Positions 27,502 through 40,583 are shown, numbered from the stretch's first letter. The stretch: 47,528 nt of DNA from Myxococcota bacterium (GCA_049322255.1 JBMORE010000189.1:1-47528), one strand, 5' to 3'. Translations and numbers: made by a program. The notes: generated from the sequence alone by a model not told the origin.

Positions 27502-29147
27502 ACGTCTCCGCGCCCGGTTTTTGGCGCCACCTGTGGTTGTTGTGGGGACTTCGGCTCTCCATCGGCCTCAACCGCGGCGCGAAGAATCACCGCGCGCTGG
27601 CGGTGGCGGCCTTCGTTCTCTCCAGCGCTCCCGGCCTTGCCTTGGGAGTGGCTTTCTATCGGCTGCTGGTTTGGCCGCCGGTGGCCAACTCTTCGGTGTG
27701 GTCCGCGTTTCTCTTGAATCTCTTGTGCTTCGTCACCACCAGCGTGTGGTGCGCCTGGCCGGTGCTGTCGGCGGGGGTGGACGACCACAGCGAGCTGTCG
27801 CGTTACGCGGCGTTTCCCCTCTCCGGCTTCCGGCTGATGCTGGCCTCGATGCTGGCGGGGCTCTTCGAGCCGCGAACGCTCGTTTTCTATGCGCCGCTCC
27901 TCGGTGCAGCGCTCGGGTACACCGCCGGCCATCCGCCCTCGTCGGGAGCGCTGGCGCTGGCGCTCTTCTTCGCCTTCGTCTTGTTCAACGCTGCCTCGAG
28001 CCGGGTGGGGCTGCACCTGGTGCTCAACGTGCTCAGGCGGCGGCGGTCGGCCGAGCTCATCGGTGGGTTCTTCGTGCTCGTGCTCGTCGCCTGCTCGTTC
28101 ATTCCACCCATCGACACCCGTTGGCTGTTCGCCCTCGACGCAGGGGTGGGGGCGCTCCCCGACCGGGTCTTGGAGGACGCGGCGCTCGCCCTTTCTCGAG
28201 TGCCTCCCGGCTGGTTCGGCGACGCCCTGGTGCGCCTGCATCGGGGCGAGGGAATCGAAGCGTTGGAGAACCTCGTCGGCCTCGTCGAGCTCACCTTCTT
28301 GACGCTGGCGGTGGCGTACGGGCTTTTGCTCGACTTTCATCGCCAAGTGGGCCGCGGCGGCTGGGGGGCGGGGCTGGACCGGGCCTCCAACCCCTTCGCG
28401 CGCACCCGTAGCCGGTGGAAGACCCTCTTGATGCGCGAGGCGATCGACCTGTGGCACAACCCGCGCGCACGGCTTTTGGCCTCGGTGCCGTTTCTCTTGG
28501 CCATCCTGCTCAAGCTGCTCTCGGGCAGAGACCTGTTCGTCTTTCTTCTGGGAGCCACCGCCGATGCGTGGTTACTCGGGGCCTTCTGTCTCTACGGCGC
28601 GGTGGTGATTGCCTCCACCTTCGCGCAGAACACCTTCGCGTACGATGGGCACGGCATGATGGTGTTTCTCAGTGCGCCCGTCGACTTGGGAGAAGTGCTC
28701 GAGGCGAAAAACGCGGTGCACGCCCTGGCGGCCGGGGGGCTCGCCCTCGCGGTGAGTGGTTTTTACCGGGTGTACTTCGGCCATGGACGCGCGGTGGACT
28801 GGGCGTGCGGCATGGCGGCGGTGGCGGGCCTTTTGCCGGTGCTGCTCACCGCGGGGAATTTCCTCTCCCTCTACTTTCCGGTGAAGTTCCATGCCGACCT
28901 GAAGCGGCGCGACAAACTGCCCTTCGCTGCCTCGATGCTCGGCGTCGCCGCCGCCTCGGTAGGGAGCGCTCCGTTCGTGTGGGCGCTGCGTCTTCAAGGC
29001 AAAGACGGAGCGAGCTGGACGACGGCGGGGCTGCTTGCCGCTTTTGCCCTGCTCGCCTGGCTCGGCTACCGCGCGCTGCTTCCGTTCGCCGCTCGTCTGC
29101 TCGTCGCCCGCCGGGAGCTCGTCTTGCGCGCGGTGACCCGGGATTGA
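27498..29147 (+). CDS. ABC exporter permease (multi-TM)
   Basis: GTGA overlap with the ATPase; many TM helices; NTFAYDG..M..F..AP. Confidence 0.8.
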   Translation: MNVSAPGFWRHLWLLWGLRLSIGLNRGAKNHRALAVAAFVLSSAPGLALGVAFYRLLVWPPVANSSVWSAFLLNLLCFVTTSVWCAWPVLSAGVDDHSELSRYAAFPLSGFRLMLASMLAGLFEPRTLVFYAPLLGAALGYTAGHPPSSGALALALFFAFVLFNAASSRVGLHLVLNVLRRRRSAELIGGFFVLVLVACSFIPPIDTRWLFALDAGVGALPDRVLEDAALALSRVPPGWFGDALVRLHRGEGIEALENLVGLVELTFLTLAVAYGLLLDFHRQVGRGGWGAGLDRASNPFARTRSRWKTLLMREAIDLWHNPRARLLASVPFLLAILLKLLSGRDLFVFLLGATADAWLLGAFCLYGAVVIASTFAQNTFAYDGHGMMVFLSAPVDLGEVLEAKNAVHALAAGGLALAVSGFYRVYFGHGRAVDWACGMAAVAGLLPVLLTAGNFLSLYFPVKFHADLKRRDKLPFAASMLGVAAASVGSAPFVWALRLQGKDGASWTTAGLLAAFALLAWLGYRALLPFAARLLVARRELVLRAVTRD

Positions 29148-29225
29148 CCCGGTCGCCTGCCGAAGAATCGTAAGGTTTGCACCGACTTGGGTCACCAACC
29201 CCCGCACACCTCAAGGACGCGACCG

Positions 29226-31721
29226 ATGACCACTCTTCCTGCACGCGCGGCTTTCGTCGCGCTCGTATGCGCCACCTGGCCGGCATGGGGCGGCACTGGC
29301 TTTCCTCAAAATTTCACCGAGACGGTCTACGCCTCGGGCCTGCCGGCGACCACCGCGATGGCCTGGGCTCCCGACGGCTCCAACCGCCTCTTCGTCGCCT
29401 TGCAGAGCGGGCAGATTCGGGTGGTGAAGAACGGCGCCCTGTTGCCGACACCCTTCGCCACGGTGACCCCGATACGGAACTTCAGCGAGTGCGGCCTTTT
29501 GGGCATCACCTTCGATCCGAGCTTCGCCTCGAACGGCTACGTCTACGTGTTTGCCTGCGTGTCCAACACCGAGTCGCAAATCATTCGGTACACCGCGGTC
29601 GGCGACGTGGGTACCGCGAAGACAACTCTCATCGGCGGGCTGCCGACGGTGGGGGATACGCACAACGGTGGCGGCATCAGCGTCGGCCCCGACGCCAAGC
29701 TGTATTGGGCCATCGGCGACAACCGGCTGACCATCGGACACGACGGCGACCTCACCTCGCTGATGTGCAAGGTGGGCCGCGCCCATTTGAACGGCAGCGT
29801 GCCCAACGACAACCCGTTCTACGATGGCAACGGTCCGAACAACGACTACATCTGGGCGCGCGGGTTTCGAAACCCGTTCACCCATGCGTGGCAGCCGGGG
29901 TTGAACCGGCTGTGGGTGAACGACGTGGGCGGATTCGGCGAACAGGTGTTTCAAGTCAACCGCGGAGACCATGGGGGGTGGAACGATTACGGCGGCGGCA
30001 ACCAACCGGCGGGCTACATCCGCCCGGTGTTCATCGTGCCCGCGGGCGGCTCCAGCGGTGGATGTATCACCGGAGGAGCCTTCTACGACGGCACGCTCTT
30101 CCCCGCCGCCTACCGGGGCAACTACTTTTTGGGCGACTTCGAGGTACCCGGCCGCATCATCCGAGCCACCTTCGACGCGAACAACGCCTTCGTCGCCCAG
30201 TCGGTCTTCGGCACCGACATTCCCAACATCGTCGACGTCGACGTCGGCTCCGACGGAGCGCTGTACTACGCGAGCTGGAACTTGGGACAGGTTTTCCGCC
30301 TCGACTACACCGCCTCCGCCCAGGAAATCGTCCTCGATCGGCGCAACCTCACCACCGTCGAGGGAGCGACGGCGGTGTTCTCGGTGCGGCTGGCGATGGC
30401 TCCTTCCGCCAACGTGGTGGTGACGACCGCGCGCGCCTCGGGCGACGCCGACCTCTCCGTCTCGGGCGGAGCCGCGCTGACCTTCACCCCGGCGAACTGG
30501 TCGACTCCGCAGAACGTGAGCATCGCGGTGGCCGATGACCCGGACACCACGAACGACACCGCCACCTTCACCGTGGGCGCGACCGGCCTGACCTCTCACA
30601 CCGTCACCCTCTTCGCCGCGGACGACGACGAGCAGGGGCTGGTGCTTTCGACCTCGATTCTCAACCTGGTGGAGGGCGGCAGCGGCAGCTTCACCGTGCG
30701 CCTCGCCAACGTTCCGGCGGTCGACACCACCGTCACCGTTGCTCGCACCAGTGGAGACGCCGACCTCACCGTCGCCAGCGGCGCGAGCCTGACCTTCACC
30801 CCGGCGAACTACCTGACGCCGCAAACCGTCTCCCTCGCTGCGGCGGAGGACGCCGATACGGTGGCCGACTCGGCCACCTTCACCGTGGCGGCGAGCGGCG
30901 CGACCAGCCGCACCGTCACCGTCACCGCCCAAGACAACGACCTGTCGGCGCCGGTCATTCAGTCGACACCGGTCACCCGCGGCATCGTGGGCATCGCCTA
31001 CGAATACGACGTGAACGCCGTCGGCCTGCCCACGCCCACCTACGCGCTGGGCACCGCTCCGCAAGACATGACCATCGATGCGGCGACGGGAGTAGTGCGG
31101 TGGGGCCCGATGGCCGTGGGGCAATTCGCGGTGACCGTGCGCGCCACCAATGGGCAGCTACCCGATGCCACCCAGTCGTTCACCATCGACGTGGCGGCCG
31201 ACGCACCGCCGCAGGCGCTCCTCACCCAGCCGCGCGACGGCGCCAGCTTGTCGGGCCGCATCGAGCTCTACGGCGACGGCCGCGACGACGCCGCCACCGT
31301 ACGCGCCGAGTTCTTCGTCGACGACGTCATGGTGTACGTCGATGCCACCCCAGGAGACCACTACCACTACGGCGGAACCAACGGGCATACGCTCGAGCGC
31401 TTCGACACCACCACGCTCGCCAACGGGCCGCACGTGTTCCGCATGACCGTCTACGACGCCAAGAATCAATCGGGGTCGATGCAAGCGGTGGCGGTCGTCG
31501 ACAACCCCATCGGCGACGGCGGAGCAGCGGGCGACGCAGGCCAGACCAGCGACGGGGGCGAGGTGAGCGACGCAGGCTCGGAGGCCAGCGAACCCGCTGC
31601 TCCCGTGGTGAGCACCTGCGGCTGCTCGAGCGGTGGGGCGTCGCTGGGGGTGGCGCTGACGGTGCTCCTCGCGCTCCACCGCAGCTGGCGCAGGCGACTT
31701 CAGCGACAACCAAGCCCGTAG
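29226..31721 (+). CDS. PQQ-dependent sugar dehydrogenase (GSDH) beta-propeller + Ig-like repeats + MYXO-CTERM
   Basis: MAWAPDG, ECGLLGITFDPSF, HNGGGI.VGPD, ARGFRNPF, GNYFLGDF; two LTFTPAN repeats; TCGCSS-hydrophobic-RRR tail. Confidence 0.88.
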   Translation: MTTLPARAAFVALVCATWPAWGGTGFPQNFTETVYASGLPATTAMAWAPDGSNRLFVALQSGQIRVVKNGALLPTPFATVTPIRNFSECGLLGITFDPSFASNGYVYVFACVSNTESQIIRYTAVGDVGTAKTTLIGGLPTVGDTHNGGGISVGPDAKLYWAIGDNRLTIGHDGDLTSLMCKVGRAHLNGSVPNDNPFYDGNGPNNDYIWARGFRNPFTHAWQPGLNRLWVNDVGGFGEQVFQVNRGDHGGWNDYGGGNQPAGYIRPVFIVPAGGSSGGCITGGAFYDGTLFPAAYRGNYFLGDFEVPGRIIRATFDANNAFVAQSVFGTDIPNIVDVDVGSDGALYYASWNLGQVFRLDYTASAQEIVLDRRNLTTVEGATAVFSVRLAMAPSANVVVTTARASGDADLSVSGGAALTFTPANWSTPQNVSIAVADDPDTTNDTATFTVGATGLTSHTVTLFAADDDEQGLVLSTSILNLVEGGSGSFTVRLANVPAVDTTVTVARTSGDADLTVASGASLTFTPANYLTPQTVSLAAAEDADTVADSATFTVAASGATSRTVTVTAQDNDLSAPVIQSTPVTRGIVGIAYEYDVNAVGLPTPTYALGTAPQDMTIDAATGVVRWGPMAVGQFAVTVRATNGQLPDATQSFTIDVAADAPPQALLTQPRDGASLSGRIELYGDGRDDAATVRAEFFVDDVMVYVDATPGDHYHYGGTNGHTLERFDTTTLANGPHVFRMTVYDAKNQSGSMQAVAVVDNPIGDGGAAGDAGQTSDGGEVSDAGSEASEPAAPVVSTCGCSSGGASLGVALTVLLALHRSWRRRLQRQPSP

Positions 31722-31759
31722 GCTTGCGGCAGTCAAAAGCGGCCGGGGTGGCTCCAGGG

Positions 31760-32296
31760 TCAACGCGAGGCGAGCACGCGGCCCGGGTGCACGCCCCGCT
31801 TGCGCGCGTACCGCGAGCTCTTTCCCTTCATGCTCTTCTTGGCCCACTTCTTGGTCGAGCTCTTCTTCGCCTCGGCCTGCAGCTTCGCGGGAGGGAACTC
31901 AATGGCCGAAATCACCTTCGCGCTCGCGGCCACCACCTCGGTGACCGAAAGCTTTCCGTCGGACGCGGCAGGAACGGTGGTGCTCAGCACCAACCCTCCG
32001 CTCTTGTTACGAAGGGCGACTTCCACCCCCCACACACCCCTCTCACGCACCATGCGGCTGGATACGACCGCCACCACCTGCTCGCGGGAAACCTTGGCGT
32101 AGTCGGCGCGTCCACCGGAGAGAACGCGGGCCTCGGAGACGCACTCCATCGAGACGCACAAGCTGGTCGCCAGCTGCGCGGCATACTCGGCCCCTCGCTG
32201 CGACGCCGAGAGCACCACGATGCGCTCTCCGGAGGCTGCCGCGGGGGAGGCGGCCAGACAGGTCAGCAACCAGAAGGTCTTCCAATGAATACGCAT
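31760..32296 (-). CDS. Small secreted hypothetical protein with a Lys/Arg-rich C-terminus
   Basis: Signal peptide ...SPAAA; AGGAGG upstream; tail KKSSTKKWAKKSMKGKSSRYARKRG. Confidence 0.7.
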   Translation of the reverse strand: MRIHWKTFWLLTCLAASPAAASGERIVVLSASQRGAEYAAQLATSLCVSMECVSEARVLSGGRADYAKVSREQVVAVVSSRMVRERGVWGVEVALRNKSGGLVLSTTVPAASDGKLSVTEVVAASAKVISAIEFPPAKLQAEAKKSSTKKWAKKSMKGKSSRYARKRGVHPGRVLASR

Positions 32297-32493
32297 GAGG
32301 AGCCCTCCTGCACGGGCCCTGCCGTACTCCGCACAAGATGCAAACGCCCGATCTGCGTCGGCAAATCGCCTTCTGCCTCCTGTTTCGGGTGCTGAAGTGT
32401 CCGAAGCTGCGACACCGATTGGGGGTTCCTCCCCTCAGCTTACAAACGCGGCGCCGGGTGTTTCGCTGGCCCAGGCTGGCGTATGAACGGCGC

Positions 32494-32871
32494 ATGGATC
32501 ATGTCGACCCGGCGCGGCGAGAGCAGGCGCGGAGAGCCAAGCTGCTCGGCGACACAGCGCTGTTGGCCGAGTGCGACGAAGAGTTCATCACCGCGGGCGG
32601 CCCTGGCGGGCAGCACCGCAACAAGACCGCGAGCGGCGTGCGGCTCACCCACCGCCCGACCGAGCTGTCGGTCACCGCCACCGAACGCCGCAGCCAATCG
32701 CAGAACCGCAGCACCGCGTTGGCCCGGTTGCGTCAGGGGCTGGAAGCGCTGGCCTTCGTCCCAAAAGAGCGCCGTCCCACCCGTCCCTCGCGAGCAGCCA
32801 AACGCCGCCGCCTCGAGCAGAAGCGGCGGCGCGGCCAGTTGAAGACGATGCGGCGCGACGGCGACGATTAA
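32494..32871 (+). CDS. Peptide chain release factor-like protein (ArfB/YaeJ-type, GGQ)
   Basis: GGPGGQHRNKT.SGVRLTH; ERRSQSQN; basic tail RRPTRPSRAAKRRRLEQK. Confidence 0.88.
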   Translation: MDHVDPARREQARRAKLLGDTALLAECDEEFITAGGPGGQHRNKTASGVRLTHRPTELSVTATERRSQSQNRSTALARLRQGLEALAFVPKERRPTRPSRAAKRRRLEQKRRRGQLKTMRRDGDD

Positions 32872-33986
32872 TACGCGATGCCTGCCTTGGCGGTGGCCTG
32901 CTTGCGCACCACCTCGACCACCTTCTCGTCGAACGAGTCCTTGGCGGCGACCTGCTTCTTCAAGTACTCGGCGCGCTGCTTGCCCAGCGCGTCAATTTTC
33001 GCCTGAATGGCTTTCCGCTCCTCGGACTTCTTCTGCACGTAGGCCTTGCGCTCCTCGAGCGACATGGCTTGCATCGGCTCGGGCAGCGACTCTTTGTCGG
33101 CGAGCTTCTTTTCGGCCTCGGCGGAGTCCTTCTCAAAAGCGCCCACCAGGTCGGCGGAGGCAGCGGGCGCCGGAGCAGCCATCGTCTTGGAGCGATAGGC
33201 GGCGCGCGTCGCACTGGCAACCCCACCCCCGGAGGCGACCATTTCGGCGGCCTTGGCCAACGACTCCTCGGCGCGCGTGCGTTCCTCACGCCGGCCCGCC
33301 ACCACGTACGTCTTGTCCAACTCACCCGACAGGCGCGCCAGGTCGTCATCGAAAGGCGTCGCCACCGCCACCATGCCGCCGGACTGGTCGATGGAGAGGA
33401 AGTCTCCCCCGCCCAAGCGGGCGATGCGCGTCCAGTGCGTGCCGGCGGAGGCGTCGTTGCCGCAGCGAATGGCGTTCACCACGATGCCCCGCTTGGCCGC
33501 TTCGCTCACCGTTTGCTCGTAGCTGGGGACGTCCTGGTAGTCCATGTGCGGCGGGGCGTCGCCCACGAGGAAGACGACGCGGAGGGCCCGGGTCTGGGGG
33601 CTGGACCACTCGATTTTTTTCACCGCGTCGCTCAGCGCTTGGTTGACGTTCTCCGGGTGGTCGCCTCCGCCGTCCGCGCGCAGCGCCATCAGCTTGGCGT
33701 ACACGGCGTCGAGGTCACCGGAGAGCTGGGTGACTCGAGTGACGTAGGCATCGCCCCGGTCGCGGTAGGCGACGAGCCCGATGCGCACGTCAGGGGTGGG
33801 TTTCCCTTGAGCCACCTCGTTGACGATGCTCCAGATTTTGCGTTTCGCCCCTTCGATGAGCCCGCCCATCGAGCCAGTGGTGTCGAGGGCGAAGACCATC
33901 TCCACCCGGGGTTTTTCTCCTGTTTTCGGCTGGGCGAGGGCGGGAAGAGAGAGCAGCAAGAACAGCGGGATGAGACGGCGCGTCAT
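32868..33986 (-). CDS. Secreted VWA-domain protein
   Basis: Signal peptide MTRRLIPLFLLLSLPALA; MIDAS LDTTGSM; LVAYRD; GGGDHPE; VGDAPPH; GGAGG SD. Confidence 0.9.
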   Translation of the reverse strand: MTRRLIPLFLLLSLPALAQPKTGEKPRVEMVFALDTTGSMGGLIEGAKRKIWSIVNEVAQGKPTPDVRIGLVAYRDRGDAYVTRVTQLSGDLDAVYAKLMALRADGGGDHPENVNQALSDAVKKIEWSSPQTRALRVVFLVGDAPPHMDYQDVPSYEQTVSEAAKRGIVVNAIRCGNDASAGTHWTRIARLGGGDFLSIDQSGGMVAVATPFDDDLARLSGELDKTYVVAGRREERTRAEESLAKAAEMVASGGGVASATRAAYRSKTMAAPAPAASADLVGAFEKDSAEAEKKLADKESLPEPMQAMSLEERKAYVQKKSEERKAIQAKIDALGKQRAEYLKKQVAAKDSFDEKVVEVVRKQATAKAGIAY

Positions 33987-34037
33987 AGGGGTCCTCCGAA
34001 GTGGTGTCCCCTTCAACGAACCACCCGTGACGAAGAT

Positions 34038-36644
<2,607 letters not shown>

Positions 36645-36751
36645 GGGGGGCGATATCGCATCGCGCACGGCGGGCCGCAACGTTCCCGTAGCCCTGCGGA
36701 GGCTTCGCAAGTCGAAAAGCCCCTTTCGAGTGCGCTATAGGCGTCAGACGC

Positions 36752-37843
36752 ATGCGCTTGGTGCACACGAGATTCCTCGACGATGGCCTGGGACTGTGGA
36801 ACCACGGCCAGCCGGCGACGCTGGTCGAGATGGAGAAGGAGGAGGACTACGACGTTCTCCTGCGGAACATCGTCGAGTCGAGCTACTACGACCGCGCCTA
36901 CTTCGAGAGCCACTCGGGCTACCGCGAGCCGTCCTTTCTGCAGCGCGCGTCGGCCCTGCGGCCGTGGACCGTGCTTGGCAACCTGCGCTTTCTTGCCCAA
37001 ATGGCAGGCCTGCTCCAACCCCGGCGTGCGCTCGAGGTCGGCTGCGGGCGGGGCGACGTGCTGGCCTTGCTGTTGCGAAACGATGTCGAAGTCTGCGGAA
37101 TCGACTTCAGCGACGCAGTCCAAAGGCAGCTTTGGCCCGAGGTGCGGCCGCACTTCATCGCGGGGGACTTTGGGCCCGTTTGCGACCGGCTCGCCTCTGG
37201 CGGCGAGCGGTTCGACTTGATTCTCGGGTTCGACATCTGGGAGCACCTGCACCCAAAATCCCTCCACCCGCACATCGAATCGGTGCTCAAGACCACTTCG
37301 GACGACGCCCTGCTCTTGCTCGTCATCCCCGCCTTCGGTGATGACCGGATCTTCGGCAGCCAATTCCCGCTCGAGTTCGAGGAGAACCGACGCTCCTTCG
37401 AAGAGCGGGGCGTCTTTCGTTTTCTCTGCGTCGAGAAGACCGAGCCGCTCATTCCGGCGGCCGGCCACCTCATCTGGGCGCACGCGCAGTGGTGGGAGCG
37501 CCAATTCACGAGCCATGGGCTCTTTCGGGCCGAAGAGCTCGAGTGTGCGCTGCACGCAATATTCGACGACTTCCTGCCGCACTCGAATCGGTCGTTCTTT
37601 CTCTTCGGGCGCGACACCGGCGCTGGCCGCCGCCGCGTGGCCGAGTTGAAGACCGGCGGTCTTTCGCCGTCGTCCTCCGTCCGGGTGCTGATGCGGCTGC
37701 TCCCAGCCGCCCGTCGGTTGCGCCAAGGCGCTGGACGCGTCAAAGAGGCGGCCCGCGCCGTGCTTCCGCCGCGCGCTTGGGCGACGTTGCGCTCCGCCCG
37801 GCTGGCGTCTGAAAGGGTTGCCCGGTCGCGCTTCCGGCCGTGA
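36752..37843 (+). CDS. Class I SAM-dependent methyltransferase
   Basis: ALEVGCGRG, GIDFS, FDLI..FDIWEHL. Confidence 0.8.
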   Translation: MRLVHTRFLDDGLGLWNHGQPATLVEMEKEEDYDVLLRNIVESSYYDRAYFESHSGYREPSFLQRASALRPWTVLGNLRFLAQMAGLLQPRRALEVGCGRGDVLALLLRNDVEVCGIDFSDAVQRQLWPEVRPHFIAGDFGPVCDRLASGGERFDLILGFDIWEHLHPKSLHPHIESVLKTTSDDALLLLVIPAFGDDRIFGSQFPLEFEENRRSFEERGVFRFLCVEKTEPLIPAAGHLIWAHAQWWERQFTSHGLFRAEELECALHAIFDDFLPHSNRSFFLFGRDTGAGRRRVAELKTGGLSPSSSVRVLMRLLPAARRLRQGAGRVKEAARAVLPPRAWATLRSARLASERVARSRFRP

Positions 37844-37877
37844 GGAGGGCCCCGGTGTTGCAACCATCGAGCGTCGG

Positions 37878-39041
37878 TCATGCGGGGAGGGACAGGTGCA
37901 AAAGCCGGTAGCACACGCTGGCCAGCCCCTCCACCAGCCGGCGCCACAGGGGGCGCTTCGCCCACGTCGAGGGGTCGATGCCCACGCCCGCGGCCGTGTC
38001 GCGCTGCAAAGCGTGGTCGAGCGCGCGTCCCAAGCGCGGGTGCTCGAACACCACGTTCACCTCGTGGTTGAGACGTAAAGAGCAGCGCTCGAGGTTGAAC
38101 GAGCCCACGGTGCCCCACACCCCGTCCACCACCGCGGTCTTGGAGTGGAGGATGCCGTGGTTCCACTCGTAGATGCGCACTCCCGCGGCCATCAAGCGGG
38201 TGTACAGCCCGCGGGTGGCCCAGGTAATCCACGGGTGGTCCGACCGGCCTGCGGTGAGCAGCGTCACCTCCACTCCACGTGAGGCGGCGCTGCGCAGCGC
38301 CTCCAGCATGCGGCGGTCGGGCACGAAGTAAGCGGCCGCCACCCGCACCGAGCGGCGCGCGACGCCAATCGCCCGGAGGTAGGCCGCGTGAATCGCCCGC
38401 CGGGAGGAGAGCACCACCATCCCCACGTCGCCCCGCCACCCGGGGGGCGTGGGTCGCTCGCGGCGGCGGTCTTTCCACTGCATGCGCCAGGCGGCGAAGA
38501 AGCGCTTCTGCAGCGCCGCCGCCGCCGGCCCCTCCACCTGCAGCACGTCGTCACGCCAGCCACCGCTCGACCCGTGGGCGGAGATGTTCAGGCCCCCGAC
38601 GAACGCCACCTCCCCGTCGACGACGAGCAGCTTGCGGTGGTCGCGCTGAGTGAGCCCGCGCAACGAACGAAAGGAGAAGGGGCGAAACGGGCGCACGTCG
38701 ACGCCGCGCTCCCGAAGCGAGCGGAAGAAGCCGCGCCGGCTGCCGAAGGAGCCCAGCCAGTCGTAGAGCACGCACACCCTCACCCCGCGAGCGGCCACGG
38801 CGGCGAGGGCTCGACCGAACACGTCGCCCACTGCGTCATCCAAGAGCTTGTACGTCTCCAGGCAGACGCTGCGCCGGGCACCGGCGATGGCGCGCAACAT
38901 CGCCGGGTAGGCCTCGACGCCGTCACGCAGAAGCTGGCAGCGGTTTCCCTTCACCGACGCATGGGCGGGGTCCAAGTAGCTCACCGCCGCGGACGGAGCC
39001 GCCGGCGCTCGGTCCAGAGCTGAGGGCTCCTGCTCGCGCAT
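37878..39041 (-). CDS. Phospholipase D / cardiolipin synthase ClsB-like
   Basis: Two HKD motifs (HRKLLVVD, HSKTAVVD), GN...LLRDG, YFVPD, GSFN; no N-terminal TM. Start at 39041 or 39077. Confidence 0.9.
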   Translation of the reverse strand: MREQEPSALDRAPAAPSAAVSYLDPAHASVKGNRCQLLRDGVEAYPAMLRAIAGARRSVCLETYKLLDDAVGDVFGRALAAVAARGVRVCVLYDWLGSFGSRRGFFRSLRERGVDVRPFRPFSFRSLRGLTQRDHRKLLVVDGEVAFVGGLNISAHGSSGGWRDDVLQVEGPAAAALQKRFFAAWRMQWKDRRRERPTPPGWRGDVGMVVLSSRRAIHAAYLRAIGVARRSVRVAAAYFVPDRRMLEALRSAASRGVEVTLLTAGRSDHPWITWATRGLYTRLMAAGVRIYEWNHGILHSKTAVVDGVWGTVGSFNLERCSLRLNHEVNVVFEHPRLGRALDHALQRDTAAGVGIDPSTWAKRPLWRRLVEGLASVCYRLLHLSLPA

Positions 39042-39086
39042 CGCCCCAACACTCGACACGAGGGCCGCCCGCAGCAACGCGCAACG

Positions 39087-40577
39087 TCAAAGACCGAACT
39101 GAACGCGCTGCCTCTCCGCCCGCCAGGGACAGGGCTGGTCGTTGGCGGGGAAGAAGTCTCTCACGTACTCGAGGGTGGAGCGGGCGGCGTCGAACTGGTT
39201 CAAGTTGTACTCGGTCTGCGCCTGCAAGAGCAGCTTGGCGCAGGTGCGGTCGAGCTCCTGCTGGGCCTCGCGCACCTTGTCGCGGGCGAGCTGGTAGAGC
39301 TCGGGCTTGGGGTCGGGGTGGGCCTCGAGCATCAGCCAGGCCTTGCGAAAATCCGACCAGGCCTCGTAGCGGTTCACCGAGCCCACGTCGCGGCGCTCGT
39401 AATTCTGCTGCGCGCGCTGGAAGGTGCTGGTCGCCTCGCGCACGATGTCCTCCGGGGGCAGGTCGGGGAGGAAGTTCACCTCGATCCACACGTTCCAGAT
39501 GCGCCAGGGGTCGTTGCGGGGCGGGTTGCGCACGTTGTCGAAGGTGACCGTGTTCTTCTCGGCCTTCTTCAAGTTCGCCGCCGGGATGAGCACCTCGTGT
39601 GACTTCTCGTTGGCCGCCAAGGTGTCTGGCGGCACCGCGCCCACGTCGGCCCCGTTGACGCTGATCAGCACCTCTCCCTGGGAGATGTCCTTGCTCTGGA
39701 AGTGGAGGAGGACCACCGCCCGCACTGGGGCGTTGAACTCGAAGTCGAAAATCTTCATGTCCGCCCGCTCGTAGTCCACCTCCTCGCCGTAGCCGAAGGA
39801 GCTCTCGATCGGCTTGCGCGCCAGCGAGGTCGGCTCGGGCGGCAGCGGGGTCTGGTTCTGGGGAGGGACGATGACCAGGTAGTAGACCACCCCCAACGCG
39901 CCCAGGAACATGACGGCGAGCCCGGTGCCCAAAAGCCGCCGCGTCCCGGCGGAGGCCTCGGCCCAGAAGATGCGCCAGTTGGCCACCACCGGGCTCGACT
40001 CGCGCCGGATGCGGGCGCGCTCCGCCGCCGAGAGCCCTTCAGGCGACCCGCCGTCCCGCTGGCGGGAGAGCTCGGCGTGCTGCGCGGAGACGCGGGCCTT
40101 GGCCACCGCGGGAAGGGCCTTGGTGCGGGTCTTGGACAGCTTCTGCAGCTGCTGCGCATCGGCGCCCTGGGGCACCAAGGCCACGCCCCTGTTGCGCTGG
40201 CGCATCACATCTTCGGCGGAGACGATGCGAGTGCTTTGCCCGGCCACCCCGGGGTCGGAGTCCCCCGTCGAGGCCTCGGGCTCGAGCACCACGGCGGAAA
40301 AGCTGAACACCACCGGGCCCAAAGCCAGCGCGTCGCCGTCGGAGAGCTGCTGTTTTTTGACGATGCTCCCGTTGACCTTGGTCCCGTTGGAGCTGCCCAT
40401 GTCCTCCACGAAGTAGGCGGGGCCCTCGGAGTAGATGCGCGCGTGCCGCCGCGACACCCCGGGGTCGTAGAGAACGACGTCGCACTCCGAGGTGCGGCCG
40501 ATGACCACCGAGCCTTGCTCGAAGACGAACTCGCGCCCCGCTTCTTTGCCCTGGGCGATGACCAGCTGAAAGCCCAT
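39087..40577 (-). CDS. Bitopic FHA-domain protein (FHA-TM-periplasmic domain)
   Basis: IGR...GVSRRHA...DMGSSNGT.VNG; TM LLGTGLAVMFLGALGVVYYLVI; helical C-terminus. Confidence 0.9.
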   Translation of the reverse strand: MGFQLVIAQGKEAGREFVFEQGSVVIGRTSECDVVLYDPGVSRRHARIYSEGPAYFVEDMGSSNGTKVNGSIVKKQQLSDGDALALGPVVFSFSAVVLEPEASTGDSDPGVAGQSTRIVSAEDVMRQRNRGVALVPQGADAQQLQKLSKTRTKALPAVAKARVSAQHAELSRQRDGGSPEGLSAAERARIRRESSPVVANWRIFWAEASAGTRRLLGTGLAVMFLGALGVVYYLVIVPPQNQTPLPPEPTSLARKPIESSFGYGEEVDYERADMKIFDFEFNAPVRAVVLLHFQSKDISQGEVLISVNGADVGAVPPDTLAANEKSHEVLIPAANLKKAEKNTVTFDNVRNPPRNDPWRIWNVWIEVNFLPDLPPEDIVREATSTFQRAQQNYERRDVGSVNRYEAWSDFRKAWLMLEAHPDPKPELYQLARDKVREAQQELDRTCAKLLLQAQTEYNLNQFDAARSTLEYVRDFFPANDQPCPWRAERQRVQFGL

Positions 40578-40583
40578 CGAAGC

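Noticed and set aside
32309..32324. Sigma-54 site (CGGCAGGGCCCGTGCA, minus strand) before the gene at 32296
   Set aside because: Weak -12 element, and the implied TSS would cut off the AGGAGG SD.
32494..32871. Fragment of a frameshifted prfB
   Set aside because: It is a stand-alone GGQ domain with an ArfB-type basic tail; no codon-recognition domain in adjacent frames.
36645..36751. Iron-responsive-element-like RNA upstream of acnA
   Set aside because: The hairpins lack a CAGUG-type loop.
37878..39041. PLD-nuclease antiphage effector controlled by WYL proteins
   Set aside because: Two HKD motifs with ClsB-type context indicate a lipid enzyme rather than a single-HKD nuclease; no defence genes nearby.
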